Shown here: positions 14,130-27,242 of the stretch, piece after piece
How positions within the stretch are numbered: position 1 is the stretch's first letter
How the letters are laid out: every line of letters starts with the position of its first letter
Source: Haliotis rufescens
Lineage: Eukaryota
Assembly (NCBI RefSeq): GCF_023055435.1
Contig: NW_025963791.1
Coordinates: 32,426,001 to 32,490,000, forward strand
Direction of reading: 5' to 3'
Length of the DNA stretch: 64,000 nucleotides
The notes under the pieces: generated by a model
Told to the model about the DNA's origin: nothing
The model's input: the letters and a program-made list of their open reading frames with translations, nothing else
Database searches by the model: none
Translations under genes and position numbers: made by a program

Positions 14130-15761
14130 ATACAGATACAAACTCCCAGAATTGTCCTGTGTGTGAACAGCTTGGGGAGACAACTCATATGACCTTCAGG
14201 TGCCATGAGTGTGAGGTAGCTCTCTGTGACAGATGTGTCAAGATGCATCGTGCAAATCCAGCTTCTCGGAGCCATGAAATGTGTGATCGGTCTGGTGAGG
14301 TGGAAGTGAAGAAAAAGAAACGAGTGGTTATGTGTCAAGAGCACAGAGATGAGCAAGTGAAATATCTCTGTAAAGACTGCAACAAGCCACTGTGTCAGTC
14401 ATGCTCCGTGGTCTACCACAGGAAGTGCGATTCTGTTGTCACACTAGAATCCCAGATGTCACGGATGAAGTCATCTCTGCGCACCAAAGGCCTCACCATA
14501 CAAAGAGATCTTAATGACATATCGAAACAGATCGACAAATGCCCAATCGAAAATTAACAAGATGAAAAGAGCTAAACTTTTGGCAACAAAAAAGATTCAG
14601 TCATCAACAGAGAAGATCATCGCCCGTTTGAAGGAGAAGGAAACGGCACTCATAAAAGAACTGGATGACATTGCAGACACCCAGATCACTGAGTTACAGG
14701 CTGATGTGAAACAGGCAGAGATTGAGTTGCAGATGTACAAACAACATGGCGAGTTCATTGACCAGACCCTTGTCTCGGACAGTGACATGGACCTGTATAA
14801 AGCTTGTCAGGCCTGGGAGTCAGGGGCGGAAAAGGACAAGGTACAAGAAACAGGCAAATCAGAACGAAAACAAATACATAGCGTCAGATTTGTACCAGAA
14901 TCTGATACCAGTGAGCGCATTCTTGACGACATGAAACTAGGGAAGCTGGACATCACATACACACAGGGTGAGAACGATGCCATGTCATCACTTTTCCTGT
15001 ATAAAACAGTGGACTTCAAGCTAGAGACTGATGAAAAATGTCCATGGCTGAGTGAGGTGACGGTTCTGTTTGTGGGGAATATACTGATATTAGTGGCTTC
15101 AGACAGAAACAACAAGTGTGTGAAATCTGCCTACACACGTGACGATCAGCCATGTCTCAGTAAACTCGATTTTGATAATTTTACGCATGGTGTATCCCAA
15201 CTAAGTGACAATCGGGTTTTGGTAGCTGTTCCTAAGAGTTTTCAAATTGTAACGGCATCCGTAACTCCTGACCTCGAACTGGAGACAACCATTACAGCAC
15301 AGAAAGAGTACTACAGTATTGCTGTTCTGAACTCGTCATCATTCGCAGCAAGTTCCTACAGCTGTATTGATATATTAGACATGACTGGTAAGGCCATGCG
15401 ATCAATCACTGCCCACAATGACGTGGACCTGTTCAGTTACCCAAACTACATCTGAGTGAACAACAGCGGCCAGGTTCTTGTTTCTGACTGGGACAAGGGA
15501 TCAGTAACTTGTCTGACGTCAGAGGGGGATGTTGTGTGGAGATACGTCCACAAGGGGGATCGATCTCTCAGTTACCCTAGTGGTATTACAACTACCAACG
15601 AAGGCGATATCCTCCTTGCAGACAGGGACACAACCACCATAATTCAGCTTGCCGCACCTGGCCAGTTTGTACGAGAACTCATTGCAACAGAGGATGGGAT
15701 CAACGACCCAAATGGTTCCGTTTTTGTTTGTGATGGAAGTACAATAAAACAGTTCATCTGA
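14130..15761 (+). pseudogene. TRIM terminal exon, copy 3, disabled
   Basis: Same frameshift (~14542), same nonsense codon (15453-15455) and same deletions as copies 1-2. Confidence 0.9.
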
Positions 15762-18700
15762 TCAACAACACGTTGAATAACCATGTCATATTATAATTAT
15801 GATATGTGTTTGCTAGTGGTTTAACGCCGTACTCAGCAATATTACAGCTATATGACGGCGGTCTGTACATGATCGAGTCTGGACCAGACCAGTGCATCAA
15901 CCAAGTCAGCGAGCCTGACCAACCAATCCCTTTAGTCGCCTCTTACGGCATAGTCCCCTTTTACGGCATGCATGGGTTGCTGAAGACCTATTCTACCTCG
16001 GATCTTCACGGGTCTTATTTTATATGGTGGAGACACTCGTCAATACTAAGACATGTGAACATGTGAACAAAAGTGGGAATTGACTTTACTTTTAATATTT
16101 ATGACCATGTACAGACAGATCCAATTGCCCCATCACAAGGTTGGTTTGTCATTTCCAGACGTGTTCAATGTTGTTTTATTTGTTTGTATCCAGTATGTTA
16201 TGTAACTTTAATCGTTTGTTTTGAAAAAAATATATTGATGACTGACAGGTTTTTGTGATTATCATCAATTCACTATGCAGATACACAATGTACTAAGCAT
16301 ATCGTCTTCATATCTGTTTTATGTATTTTTCTTAACTTCTCACCAAAAATTCAATTAAAGTTTATGTTTATGGAAATCCTGTGCATGTAATTCATGTCAA
16401 GCCGTTGCGATTCCCAGTGAAATGATCGCCAGAGTATCTGAATCACCCCGGTTGTAGAGATTTCGAGTTAGCAAAGGTCCACTTGGGGCTCATAATATCA
16501 CTCACTGGTTTGTCTGATCCAGGTTCGATTATTTACAGACCGCCGTCATATAAATGTAGCTGGAATAATGCTGAGTGCTAAACTACGCATTGACCAGTCA
16601 CAACTAAAAACAACTCTAACCCGATATTGGCGTGTTTGATATATATTTACTAACTCTGGAAATGGTTCAGGTTTATCGTGGTGATGTCGTATTCATTTTA
16701 CACATGATCAAATGTGCAGTAGGAAATGACATGCATGATTCCCAGATTTTGGCGACGTTTCCGAAACAACCCATCAAAAGAATTGATAAATATATCTTTA
16801 ACGTCAAGTTTAACCATTCATAGATCCTGGTCCAAATAATTAGGTTTGATAGGGAACGTCATATATGCAATGAGGAACAACAACAGTCATAATAACATAA
16901 TTGTACTTTACTCACTGAGCCAAAGGCAGTCACTTGTATGGAGGTATTGTATGCAACCAGTGAGGAATAATCTTAAAGTTAATCACAGGGATGTTTGATA
17001 TTATTCGCAGAAATCAGACGAGAGGCTATTCCTGGTACCAGATTAAAAAACCGAACTGTACATTGCCATCACAGAATGAGACGGACGCCATGAGCATACC
17101 TTGGTACATGCTACCAAACAGAAGCACACCATGGGTACGCTCCATGGAAAACGACCCGAGAAAAGAAGAGTCGTTACCGTTTGGGGAAAACCAGCATGAA
17201 ATGAATGGGCGTTCTGAAGGGCAGAATCTGATTTTACGTTTAACACATTAATTTTGTTCCTTAATTTAGTTTAAACATATTTTATTCAGATTGAAATGGA
17301 TTGGGTACAAGTTATCCAACTTAGAAGTCCCTCTCCATGGTATTTACAAAAGCTTGTACAGTAAATCATATACACATGTACAGGGAAAACAGTGAAGAAA
17401 ATAAGTGTATAGATAACAAAAGAAATGTATACCAGACAAAAGAGAGACTAGTATATTTACATTGAAGTGTTACCCAAATCTACCTCAACCACAGCTCCCA
17501 ACAATGACGTACAAAAGTGTTAGGGCAGAGGTCACTGTGTGGAACGGGTCCAAACTCGTAGTCATAATGGCATAAGTGGGTGAATGAGTTGGATATAACA
17601 CCGCTTTGAACAGTATTTCAGTTATGTCACGTCGTTCATCATAGTGTAAACACACTATATATGTTTAAAATGATTTCTAATATCTCTGATCAAGAGACCT
17701 AAAACTAACTGATATTGTTAATATATTTGTAGGACATTTAGAGTTGACACCATTCAAAAACTGAAAGGTTAGTGTCAAATAAGTTTGAATTTCTCATTTC
17801 GGCTATACGCATCTTACGGATTTACTGCAATAGTTCAAATACAAACCTAGCATGCATACCGGTTCATATATGTGAGGTCCAGCTACAAAGGCATATGTCA
17901 GGACTCGTCGTGTCCAGGAGCATCATCAAGCAATTGTTTAAAATAACTTAATCTCCAGTTCGAAGACTTGACGTGGTAATGATGTGAGCAACAGGCATAG
18001 TTCCGAAATGCACACACCACTGTAGCTGCGACACGTTATGCACACAGCCTTAACAAATCCTAATTGCTCAAAACGTTTTGGGACCAATGACATCAAAGAC
18101 AGATGATTCAAACCTGGTCACAGGAATACATCATATGTATAATATATACTGCATTTAGGCGCATTGACATATATACGGATTTGTTAACTTAACACTGGAT
18201 AAAAATCAGCCAAGCTAAAGCATTAAGGCTTTCATAAACAGTTGGAAGTAAAACTCACAGTGTGAATGCGTCTAAACAGGCGAATAGAAGCAAGCTAGCA
18301 GGGCTGGTTCTAACTTGTCCGTACTAATACAGGCAGAAACTCGTCGATAATGTCCTGGTTGGTACAGGAAGTACATATACAATTTACAAAATCACTATCC
18401 TTGGTTCTACGATATTTATTGACAAGGAATTCATGGAGAAATATTCTAAATTTACAAAGAGCTCTCATTAGAGCTTTACCTTGTAATATACTTAAATATG
18501 TTTCTAGTTGTAATACTGATTTGATGCTAGCATAATGCTTGAGAAAGTGTGAAGAGGAAACTTGTTGGTGCTAGTTTTGCTGAAATATATCAAATAATCT
18601 TTGTTTAAATGTATGGAAAAATAGTTTTTCATTACCAGTGTCTTGTGTGATCCATACAAAGGAAAATCCAGTATTAAATAAAATGCTCAGTACTAATAAT

Positions 18701-20041
18701 GAAGGTAACTAAAACCCGAAGGAGTTTAAAAATAAGTATACACAAGCAATAAAAATACAATAACATAACAAGTAGACATTCAGCAACACTGGTGTCCCAG
18801 GACTTACGTTGTTTCAAACCAACTGCAAGCATACTTATCACATAGTTCGCTTGAGGAGTAATGAACAATCTTAAGTGCGTTTATCTTTAAACTTACCCTG
18901 TTGTTTTCACATAGAGGCAGTTTAGGAGCGTGTTTGCTTCACACAGCGTCTCTTGTGCACCATATCCATAGCCTTACTTTTGCCAATGTTGAAGTTTATA
19001 CTGTTAAGAAATTAAGGAAGTTAAATGTATGTGATGTGGGCTTTTGAATTGATATTAACTTCCTCATCACAATCTTCGTTTTGAGAGAGGAAAAATATGA
19101 CAGATCAGAATATTTTATAAAACGCTCGATACAAAACGTGAGGTGAGGTGAAATGGGGTTAAACGACGCTCTTATAGATCAATGTGCATTTACGTGTGTA
19201 TGTGGCTGTTTGTACTAGTCCGGGCTAATGCTGATTTCATAGTGCTAGTCAACTGCCGCAGTTTCACATAAATACCCCACTCTGACACAGTATACTGACT
19301 AAGAGCCGACCTGTCCTTGTTTTAGCCCCTTAATGCCGAGCACAAGGCAGGGTAACAACAAGTACCATCTTTTAACGTATTTTGGTATGACGCGGCCGGG
19401 GATCGAACCCCGGACCTTCCGCTCTGCGGGCGGACGCTTTACCACTAGACCACGGAGGCGGTCTTCTGGAGATTTGAACCCGGAGGTTTACCGAGTGATG
19501 GAACGTGTTAGCCACCAGATAACCTAACCGTCCACATGACGGCACAGAGTGATCAACATGAACTTGTGATAATGACTGAGTGGGGATGTGCTGCTTACAT
19601 CTGTTTCGCAGTAATATCACTGTCATAAACACATCTCACACCCCATGTGTGAAATCAAACATGTGTCATGTTTGATCGGTATGCTTTCGCTTAAAATAAT
19701 GGAGAGCGGCGAGGTTTTTCTTAACTGAGTGATTTGTGTGTAACTCCGTTTTGAACAGTATTTCTATTTCATTCCGGATTGTCTGGCTTTGTATGATGCA
19801 TGTCTTGGACATTTACTAATTAAATTTGGCAGAACCCACCAGAAAGGCTATGGTGCTGACCAAACAACTAATCAGATTAATCTGAGATTCGAACCCACGA
19901 TATAACAAAAACATTGTAAAACTGTCCCGAGCCACCCAGTGTCCCTTTTGTAACTCGAAAGGTGTTTATACATACGTTTAGCACAGACATGGTAAAGATT
20001 GTTAAACCCCTCTATAATTACAGTCTATATTCTCTTGACAG

Positions 20042-21699
20042 ATACAGATACAAACTCCCAGAATTATCCTGTGTGTGAACAGCTTGGGGAGACAACTCAG
20101 GTGACCTTCTGGTGCCATGAGTGTGAGGTAGCTCTCTGTGACAGATGTGTCAAGATGCATCGTGCAAATCCAGCTTCTCGGAGCCATGAAATGTGTGATC
20201 GGTCTGGTGAGGTGGAACTGAAGAAAAAGAAACGAGTGCTTATGTGTCAAGAGCACAGAGATGAGCAAGTGAAATATCTCTGTAAAGACTGCAACAAGCC
20301 ACTGTGTCAGTCATGCTCCGTGGTCTACCACAGGAAGTGCGATTCTGTTGTCACACTAGAATCCCAGATGTCACGGATGAAGTCATCTCTGCGCACCAAA
20401 GGCCTCACCATACAAAGTGATCTTAATGACATATCGAAACAGATCGACAAATGCAAATCGAAAATTAACAAGATGAAAAGAGCTAAACTTTTGGCAACAA
20501 AAAAGATTCAGTCATCAACAGAGAAGATCATCGCCCGTTTGAAGGAGAAGGAAACGGCACTCATAAAAGACCTGGATGACATTGCAGACACACAGATCAC
20601 TGAGTTACAGGCTGATGTGAAACAGGCAGAGATTGAGTTGCAAATGTACAAACAACATGGCGAGTTCATTGACCAGACCCTTGTCTCGGACAGTGAGATG
20701 GACCTGTATAAAGCTTGTGAGGCCTGGGAGTCAGGGGCGGAAGAGGACAGGGTACAAGAAACAGGCAAATCAGAACGAAAACAAATACATAGCGTCAGAT
20801 TTGTACCAGAATCTGATACCAGTGAGCGCATTCTTGACGACTTGAAACTAGGGAAGCTGGACATCACATACACACAGGGTGAGACCGATGCCATGTCATC
20901 ACTTTTCCTGTATAAAACAGTGGACTTCAAGCGAGAGACTGATGAAAAATGTCCATGGCTGAGTGAGGTGACGGTTCTGTTTGTGGGGGATATACATGTA
21001 CTGACATTAGAGGCTTCAGACAGAAACAACAAGTGTGTGAAATCTGCCTACACACGTGACGATCAGCCATGTCTCAGTAAACTCGATTTTGATAATTTTA
21101 CGCATGGTGTATCCCAACTTAGTGACAATCGGGTTTTGGTAGCTGTTCCTAAGAGTTTTCAAATTGTAACGGCATCCGTAACTCCTGACCTCGAACTGGA
21201 GACAACCATTACAACACAGAAAGAGTACTACAGTATTGCTGTTCTGAACTCGTCATCATTCGCAGCAAGTTCCTACAGCTGTATTGATATATTAGACATG
21301 ACTGGTAAGGCCATCCGATCATTCACTGCCCACAATGACGTGGACCTGTTCAGTTACCCAAACTACATCTGTGTGAACAACAGCGGCCAGGTTCTTGTTT
21401 CTGACTGGGACAAGGGATCAGTAACTTGTCTGACGTCAGAGGGGGATGTTGTGTGGAGATACGTCCCCAAGGGGGATCGATCTCTCAGTTACCCTAGTGG
21501 TATTACAACTACCAACGAAGGCGATATCCTCCTTGCAGACAGGGACACAACCACCATAATTCAGCTTGCCGCACCTGGCCAGTTTGTACGAGAACTCATT
21601 GCAACAGAGGATGGGATCAACGACCCTGTTGGGGTGTATGCCGATAGAAATGGTTCCGTTTTTGTTTGTGATGAACGTACAATAAAACAGTTCATCTGA
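20042..21699 (+). CDS. TRIM terminal exon, copy 4: open reading frame (B-box1, B-box2, CC, NHL-like propeller; TRIM56/TRIM71/TRIM2-3-like), RING exon not in window
   Basis: Uninterrupted ORF 19999..21699 with a phase-1 acceptor ttctcttgacag at 20041. NHL-like blades (FSYPNYICVNNSGQVLVSDW, LSYPSGITTTNEGDILLAD, INDPVGVYADRNGSVFVCD). The first B-box1 Cys is Tyr (NYPVC). Confidence 0.8.
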
Positions 21700-24070
21700 T
21701 CAACAACACGTTGAATAACCATGTCATATTATAATTATGATATGTGTTTCTTAGTTGTTTAACGCCGTACTCAGCAATATTACAGCTATATGACGGCGGT
21801 CTGTACATGATCGAGTCTGGACCAGACCAGTGCATCAACCAAGTCAGCGAGCCTGACCACCCAATCCCTTTAGTCGCCTCTTACGGCATAGTCGCCTTTT
21901 ACGGCATGCATGGGTTGCTGAAGACCTATTCTACCTCGGATCTTCACGGGTCTTATTTTATATGGTGGAGACACTCGTCAATACTAAGACATGTGAACAT
22001 GTGAACAAAAGTGGGAATTGACTTTACTTTTAATATTTATGACCATGTACAGACAGATCCAATTGCCCCATCACAAGGTTGGTTTGTCATTTCCAGACGT
22101 GTTCAATGTTGTTTTATTTGTTTGTATCCAGTATGTTATGTAACTTTAATCGTTTGTTTTGAAAAAATTATATTGATGACTGACAGGTTTTTGTGATTAT
22201 CATCAATTCACTATGCAGATACACAATGTACAAAGCATATTGTCTTCATATCTGTTTTATGTATTTTTCTTAACTTCTCACCAAAAATTCAATTAAAGTT
22301 TATGTTTATGGAAATCCTGTGCATGTAATTCATTTCAAGCCGTTGCGATTCCCAGTGAAATGATCGCCAGAGTATCTGAATCACCCCGGTTGTAGAGATT
22401 TCGAGTTAGCAAAGGTCCACTTGGGGCTCATAATATCACTCACTGGTTTGTCTGATCCAGGTTCGATTATTTACAGACCGCCGTCATATAAATGTAGCTG
22501 GAATAATGCTGAGTGCTAAACTACGCATTGACCAGTCACAACTAAAAACAACTCTAACCCGATATTGGCGTGTTTGATATATATTTACCAACTCTGGAAA
22601 TGGTTCAGGTTTATCGTGGTGATGTCGTATTCATTTTACACATGATCAAATGTGCAGTAGGAAATGACATGCATGATTCCCAGATTTTGGCGACGTTTCC
22701 GAAACAACCCATCAAAAGAATTGATAAATATATCTTTAACGTCAAGTTTAACCATTCATAGATCCTGATCCAAATAATTAGGTTTGATAGGGAACGTCAT
22801 ATATGCAATGAGGAACAACAACAGTCATAATAGCATAATTGTACTTTACTCACTGAGCCAAAGGCAGTCACTTGTATGTAGGTAATGTATGCAACCAGTG
22901 AGGAATAATCTTAAAGTTAATCACAGGGATGTTTGATATTATTCGCAGAAATCAGACGAGAGGCTATTCCTGGTTCCAGATTAGAAACCGAACTGTACAT
23001 TGCCATCACAGAATGAGACGGACGCCATGAGCATACCTTGGTACATGCTACCAAACAGAAGCACACCATGGGTACGCTCCATGGAGAACGACCCGAGAAA
23101 AGAAGAGTCGTTACGATTTGGAGAAAACCAGCATGAAATGAATGGGCCTTCTGAAGAGACAGAATCTGATTTTACGTTTAACACATTTATTGTGTTCCTT
23201 AATTTAGTTTAAACATATTTTATTCAGATTGAAATGGATTGGGAACAAGTTATCCAACTTAGAAGTCCCTCTCCATGGTATTTACAAAAGCTTGTACAGT
23301 AAATCATATACACATGTACAGGGAAAACAGTAAAGAAAATAAGTGTATAGATAACAAAACAAATGTACAACAGACAAAAGAGAGACTAGTATATTAACTT
23401 TAAAGTGTTACCAAAATCTCTTTGCATGACTTATAAACATTTGCATTACCTCAAAGATATGTTGAATTTCGAGTTCCTTCATTTGTCAGCATATCTTACA
23501 CACTGTCTTGTTATTTGTTGCAGAAGTTATAGCTGGATGAGGGGAGTGATCCTATTAGGCGGTGTAATATGCTCTTATGTGATATAAACCCTGAAGAAGA
23601 AATTTGTAACATTTTGCGTATTTTGCGCTCTGTCACGACAGCCTGTTCAACGATCCTTGCATATCAGTATCAGGAAGCCTGAGAAGCACTTCATAACAAG
23701 CAAGCAGCCATTTCATCGAGTCTGCCAATCCGATTCTCTTTAGATTGCGAGTATGGAATTCCGGAAACCTATCCTTCCCCACAATGATCATGAACATTGG
23801 CACAATTTCACGTGATACACATGTTAAAAAATATCGTAAGTCTCTATGGTAGGTCTGTCATAGCGTTAAGTGTGCTTGGTGCACATTGTGAACAATAAAC
23901 TACAGATCGGATTCATTTACCACTTGTGTTTCATTTCAAGCAAAGCATTATTGGTATTGGTTACCTCCCTGGATACAGTTATGAAACAAAATCGGTATGC
24001 AATAGTGCGCTGGGTAGTTGCGATAACCGTGAACCCTTTCAGCCGTCGTTTGTCATGAGCTCCTGTATGT

Positions 24071-24426
24071 GAGGTGAGGTGAAATTGAGTTTAACGTCGC
24101 GTCCAAGATTATTGCACTTATATAGCGACGTGCATGCACGTGTATGTGTGTGTGTGTGGCAGCTTGTACTAGTCCGGACTGATGCCGATTTTTAGTGCTA
24201 GCTCACTGAGATACCATGCCGCAGTTTAACATGAATACCCCACTCAGACACAGTATACTGACTCCGAGCCGACCAGTCCTTGTTTTAGCCCCTTAATGCC
24301 GAGCGCCAGACAGGGTAACAACAAGTACCATCTTTTAACGTCTTTTGGTATGACGCGGCCGGGGATCGAACCCCGGACCTTCCGCTCTCCGGGCTGACGC
24401 TCTACCACAAGACCACGGAGGCGGTC
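24071..24426 (-). mobile_element. SINE family A, full length, with TSD
   Basis: tRNA-like head. 13-bp TSD agctcctgtatgt at 24058-24070 and 24427-24439. Confidence 0.92.
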
Positions 24427-24581
24427 AGCTCCTGTATGTAACTGCTGAGGGCTACTGATGGATTTACAACACACATCTACATCTCCGTCTGGCTGGTAAT
24501 GATTCTATAAACTATATACTATCACTTCCTTAATCACTTACCACCGAGCGCATATGCTTTATTTCATCTAAAGTGAACTTA

Positions 24582-24848
24582 GACCCGTGAAGATCCGGGA
24601 TAGAATAGGTCTTCAGCAACCCATACTTGCCGTAAAAGCCGACTATGCTTGTCGTAAGAGGCGATTAACGGGATCGGGTGGTCAGGCTCACTGACTTAGT
24701 TGATGCATGTCATCGATCCAAATTGCGTGGATCGATGTTCATGATGTCAATCACTGGATTTTCTGGTTCAGACTCGATTATTCACAGACCGCCGTCATAA
24801 AGCTGGCGTATTGCTGAGTGCGGCGTTAAACAACAAACAAACAAAACA
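24582..24848 (+). mobile_element. SINE-like family D with TSD
   Basis: (aaac)n tail and 12-bp TSD taaagtgaactt on both sides. Other copies at 29570-29700(-), 38300-38508(+), 45925-46172(+) and 61226-61468(+). Confidence 0.85.
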
Positions 24849-25096
24849 ATAAAGTGAACTTTAAAAAGAGACTCGAAGACGGAAACGTAAAACAGGTTCA
24901 GGTTTTGGAAAGGTGACACCCTCGCTTTCGGCTATATTTATCAACTTCAATCATCATCACACCCAGCAGGATAATACTACAGGTGCTGACTGACATCCTG
25001 GAAGCCTTTGCATGGCAGGTATCAGCAATTGTTGAAACGCAACTGTATATATGTGAACAACCAAAGCAAGAAATGTTCAAAAACGTGATTGGTACC

Positions 25097-25357
25097 CATG
25101 CTGACACAAAGCTTGAAGAGATTGAGATGCAGATGTACAGACAACACTGTGAGTTCATTGACCAGGCATTGGTATCGGACTGTGAGATGTCGGGAGCTGA
25201 AGAGTTGGGGGATGTCAGTGACACAGACACAACAGAAACACGCCGAATAGATGACATCAGGTTTACACCAGACGCTGAAAGTCCTACTGGGACGATTGAC
25301 ATCTCATTTAAAGATAGGAGGAAGTGTTTGCCGACTCCGTGTGGCTCATACAATTAA
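25097..25357 (+). pseudogene. Degenerate TRIM relic (coiled-coil end/linker only)
   Basis: Encodes KLEEIEMQMYRQHCEFIDQALVSDCEM..SGAEELGDVSDTDT..RRIDDIRFTPD, near-identical to 52125-52330 but with internal deletions. Confidence 0.85.
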
Positions 25358-26052
25358 TACGAATACGTCGATCTGGATCCCTTATTCTTTTCACAATGTA
25401 ACACAGCCGGATAATTTTGGCCCCTGACCTACACATGCAAAATGTGGCATTGGAAACAACCCACCATGACCCAGTAGAAGTCCATTCTCCACAAGGTGTA
25501 CCGCAGTTAAAAGAAAACTAGGTGATAGTTGAGCGAAATAAAATCTTTCTCCGTTTTCGCAAAAGAATATTTACTTGTTTACTGGACTTGGGGAATGTCC
25601 TGAAAAATTACGTATTGTGTGTTAAATGGCCAGCACTTTCTATTAACAGGTTTTATAAAATATTGATCAATTTGATAAGATTGCTGATTTTTTTCCATTT
25701 GATCTGCTGCGAGTACCTCGTCGTCAACATTGTATAGTGTCTGGTACTCGCGATCAACTGGAGAAAAATACTCAACAACAAAAGTTTCTGTGACACCAAT
25801 ATTTTAGTGTTTTTTTAAAACAAGTAAAGTTTGGTTTTCAATATTGTAGTACATGTATGGAATCAACTGCTACAGAAAAGCATGCATTCCATGCAAAAGT
25901 TGACTTTTATGCAAGCCCCATGCATTTCATTACCCAAGAATGGGCATAAAAAACATGTGCGTTAACGGGATTCCACATGCATTGTTTAGCATCGTGCTGA
26001 CAACAACCACTCAGAAAAACAACAAAATTACCCAATTATTCAACATTACGAA

Positions 26053-27242
26053 ATGCCACGCTTGTCCGAAAATGAGCGTCTGCGAGCCATTGGTATGCTT
26101 GAAGCAGGATCGAGTCAACGTGATGTTGCAAGACAATTTAGCGTCCACAGAAACACCATTTGGTGTTTATGGCAACGTTGGCAACAGACGAATGCAGTCA
26201 GCGACTATATTCGGAGTGGCAGGCCACGAGTAACCAATAATCTAATCAACAAGATAACTGGACTCAAACAACACACCTAAGAAATCGATTCCAGCCAGCA
26301 ACAGTGACTGCAAGAAGCATCCCTGGCCTTCGGCGAATATCTTCACAAACCGTACGTCGCCGCCTCAGATGTGCAGGGACTGTCGCCAGAAGACCAGCCA
26401 GACGTCCCATTTTGACAGGAAACCACCGGCAAGCACGTCTTCAGTGGTGCAGACAGCGTCTACGCTGGACGGCCATGCAGTGGGGACAAGTTCTATTCAC
26501 TGACGAGTCTCGTTTTCACCTCCGCGGATTCGAATGAACCGACGTCGAGGTGAACGTTACGTCAATCATTGTGTCATTGAAGAAGATCGGTTCGGGGGCG
26601 GCAGCGTTATGGTATGGGTAGGATTACAGCAAGACAGAGGAGCCGTTTGATAGTGGTAGAGGGAAATCTCAATGGACAGCGCTACCGCGACGAGATCATT
26701 CTACGAGATTGTTCTACCGTTTTTGCGTCGTCATGGCCCAGGCGTTACCTTTCAACATGACAACGCCCGGCCTCATATTGCTCGACTTGTTCAGGATTCT
26801 CTTCAACAAAACAACATAAATGTCACCCCCTGGCCGGCTCGCTCCCCTGATCTCTCACCAATCAAGCACATGTGGGACGAGATGGATCGGCGCCTATGAC
26901 GTCAACCACTTGTTCCACAGACACTCCAGGAATTTCGAAACATGCTCCAGCAGATATGGACAGATATCCCACAGGACTTTGTGCGACGCCTGGTCCATTC
27001 CATTCCATGAGAGTGAGTGAGTGAGTATGGTTTTACGCCGCTTTTAGCAATATTCCAGCAATGTCACGGCGGGGGACACCCGAAAAGGGCTTCACACATT
27101 GTACCCATGTCGGGAATCGAACCCGGGTCACCGGCGGGATGAGCGAACGCTTTAACCACTAGGCTACCCGACCGCCCCCAATTCAATGAGACGAAGATGT
27201 GTTGCTTGCATCGCAACTAGAGGTGGACACACAGGTTATTGA
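26053..27242 (+). mobile_element. Tc1/mariner (DD34E-type) transposase relic, inactive
   Basis: Paired-like HTH (MPRLSENERLRAIGMLEAG..VARQFSVHRNTI), WGQVLFTDESRF, FQHDNARPH, WPARSPDLSPIKH (catalytic E>K) and C-terminal RGGHTGY*. It carries frameshifts, stops and a SINE insertion. TIRs not confidently located. Confidence 0.92.
27011..27179 (-). mobile_element. tRNA-derived SINE family B nested in the Tc1 transposase
   Basis: Head ggggcggtcgggtagcctagtggttaaagcg..ggttcgattccc, (actc)n tail, approximate TSD attc(c/a)atgag. Other copies at 36958-37125(+), 45605-45772(-), 46706-46862(+), 54295-54415(-), 60911-61073(-) and 61823-61985(+). Confidence 0.88.

Larger units (their letters stand above)
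1..23419 (+). repeat. Tandem array of a ~5.9 kb TRIM exon-2 unit (4 full periods plus 183 bp; probably continues upstream of the window)
   Basis: The string gattgggtacaagttatcc recurs at 1, 5896, 11404, 17299 and (gattgggaac) 23237, giving periods of 5895, 5508, 5895 and 5938 bp. The same ORF set repeats in each period. Homology ends at ...aaatct 23419, equivalent to position 183 of unit 1. Confidence 0.97.

Noticed and set aside
20508-21032. Antisense ORFs overlapping TRIM and TLR coding regions
   Set aside because: Shadow ORFs arising from sense-strand codon structure.
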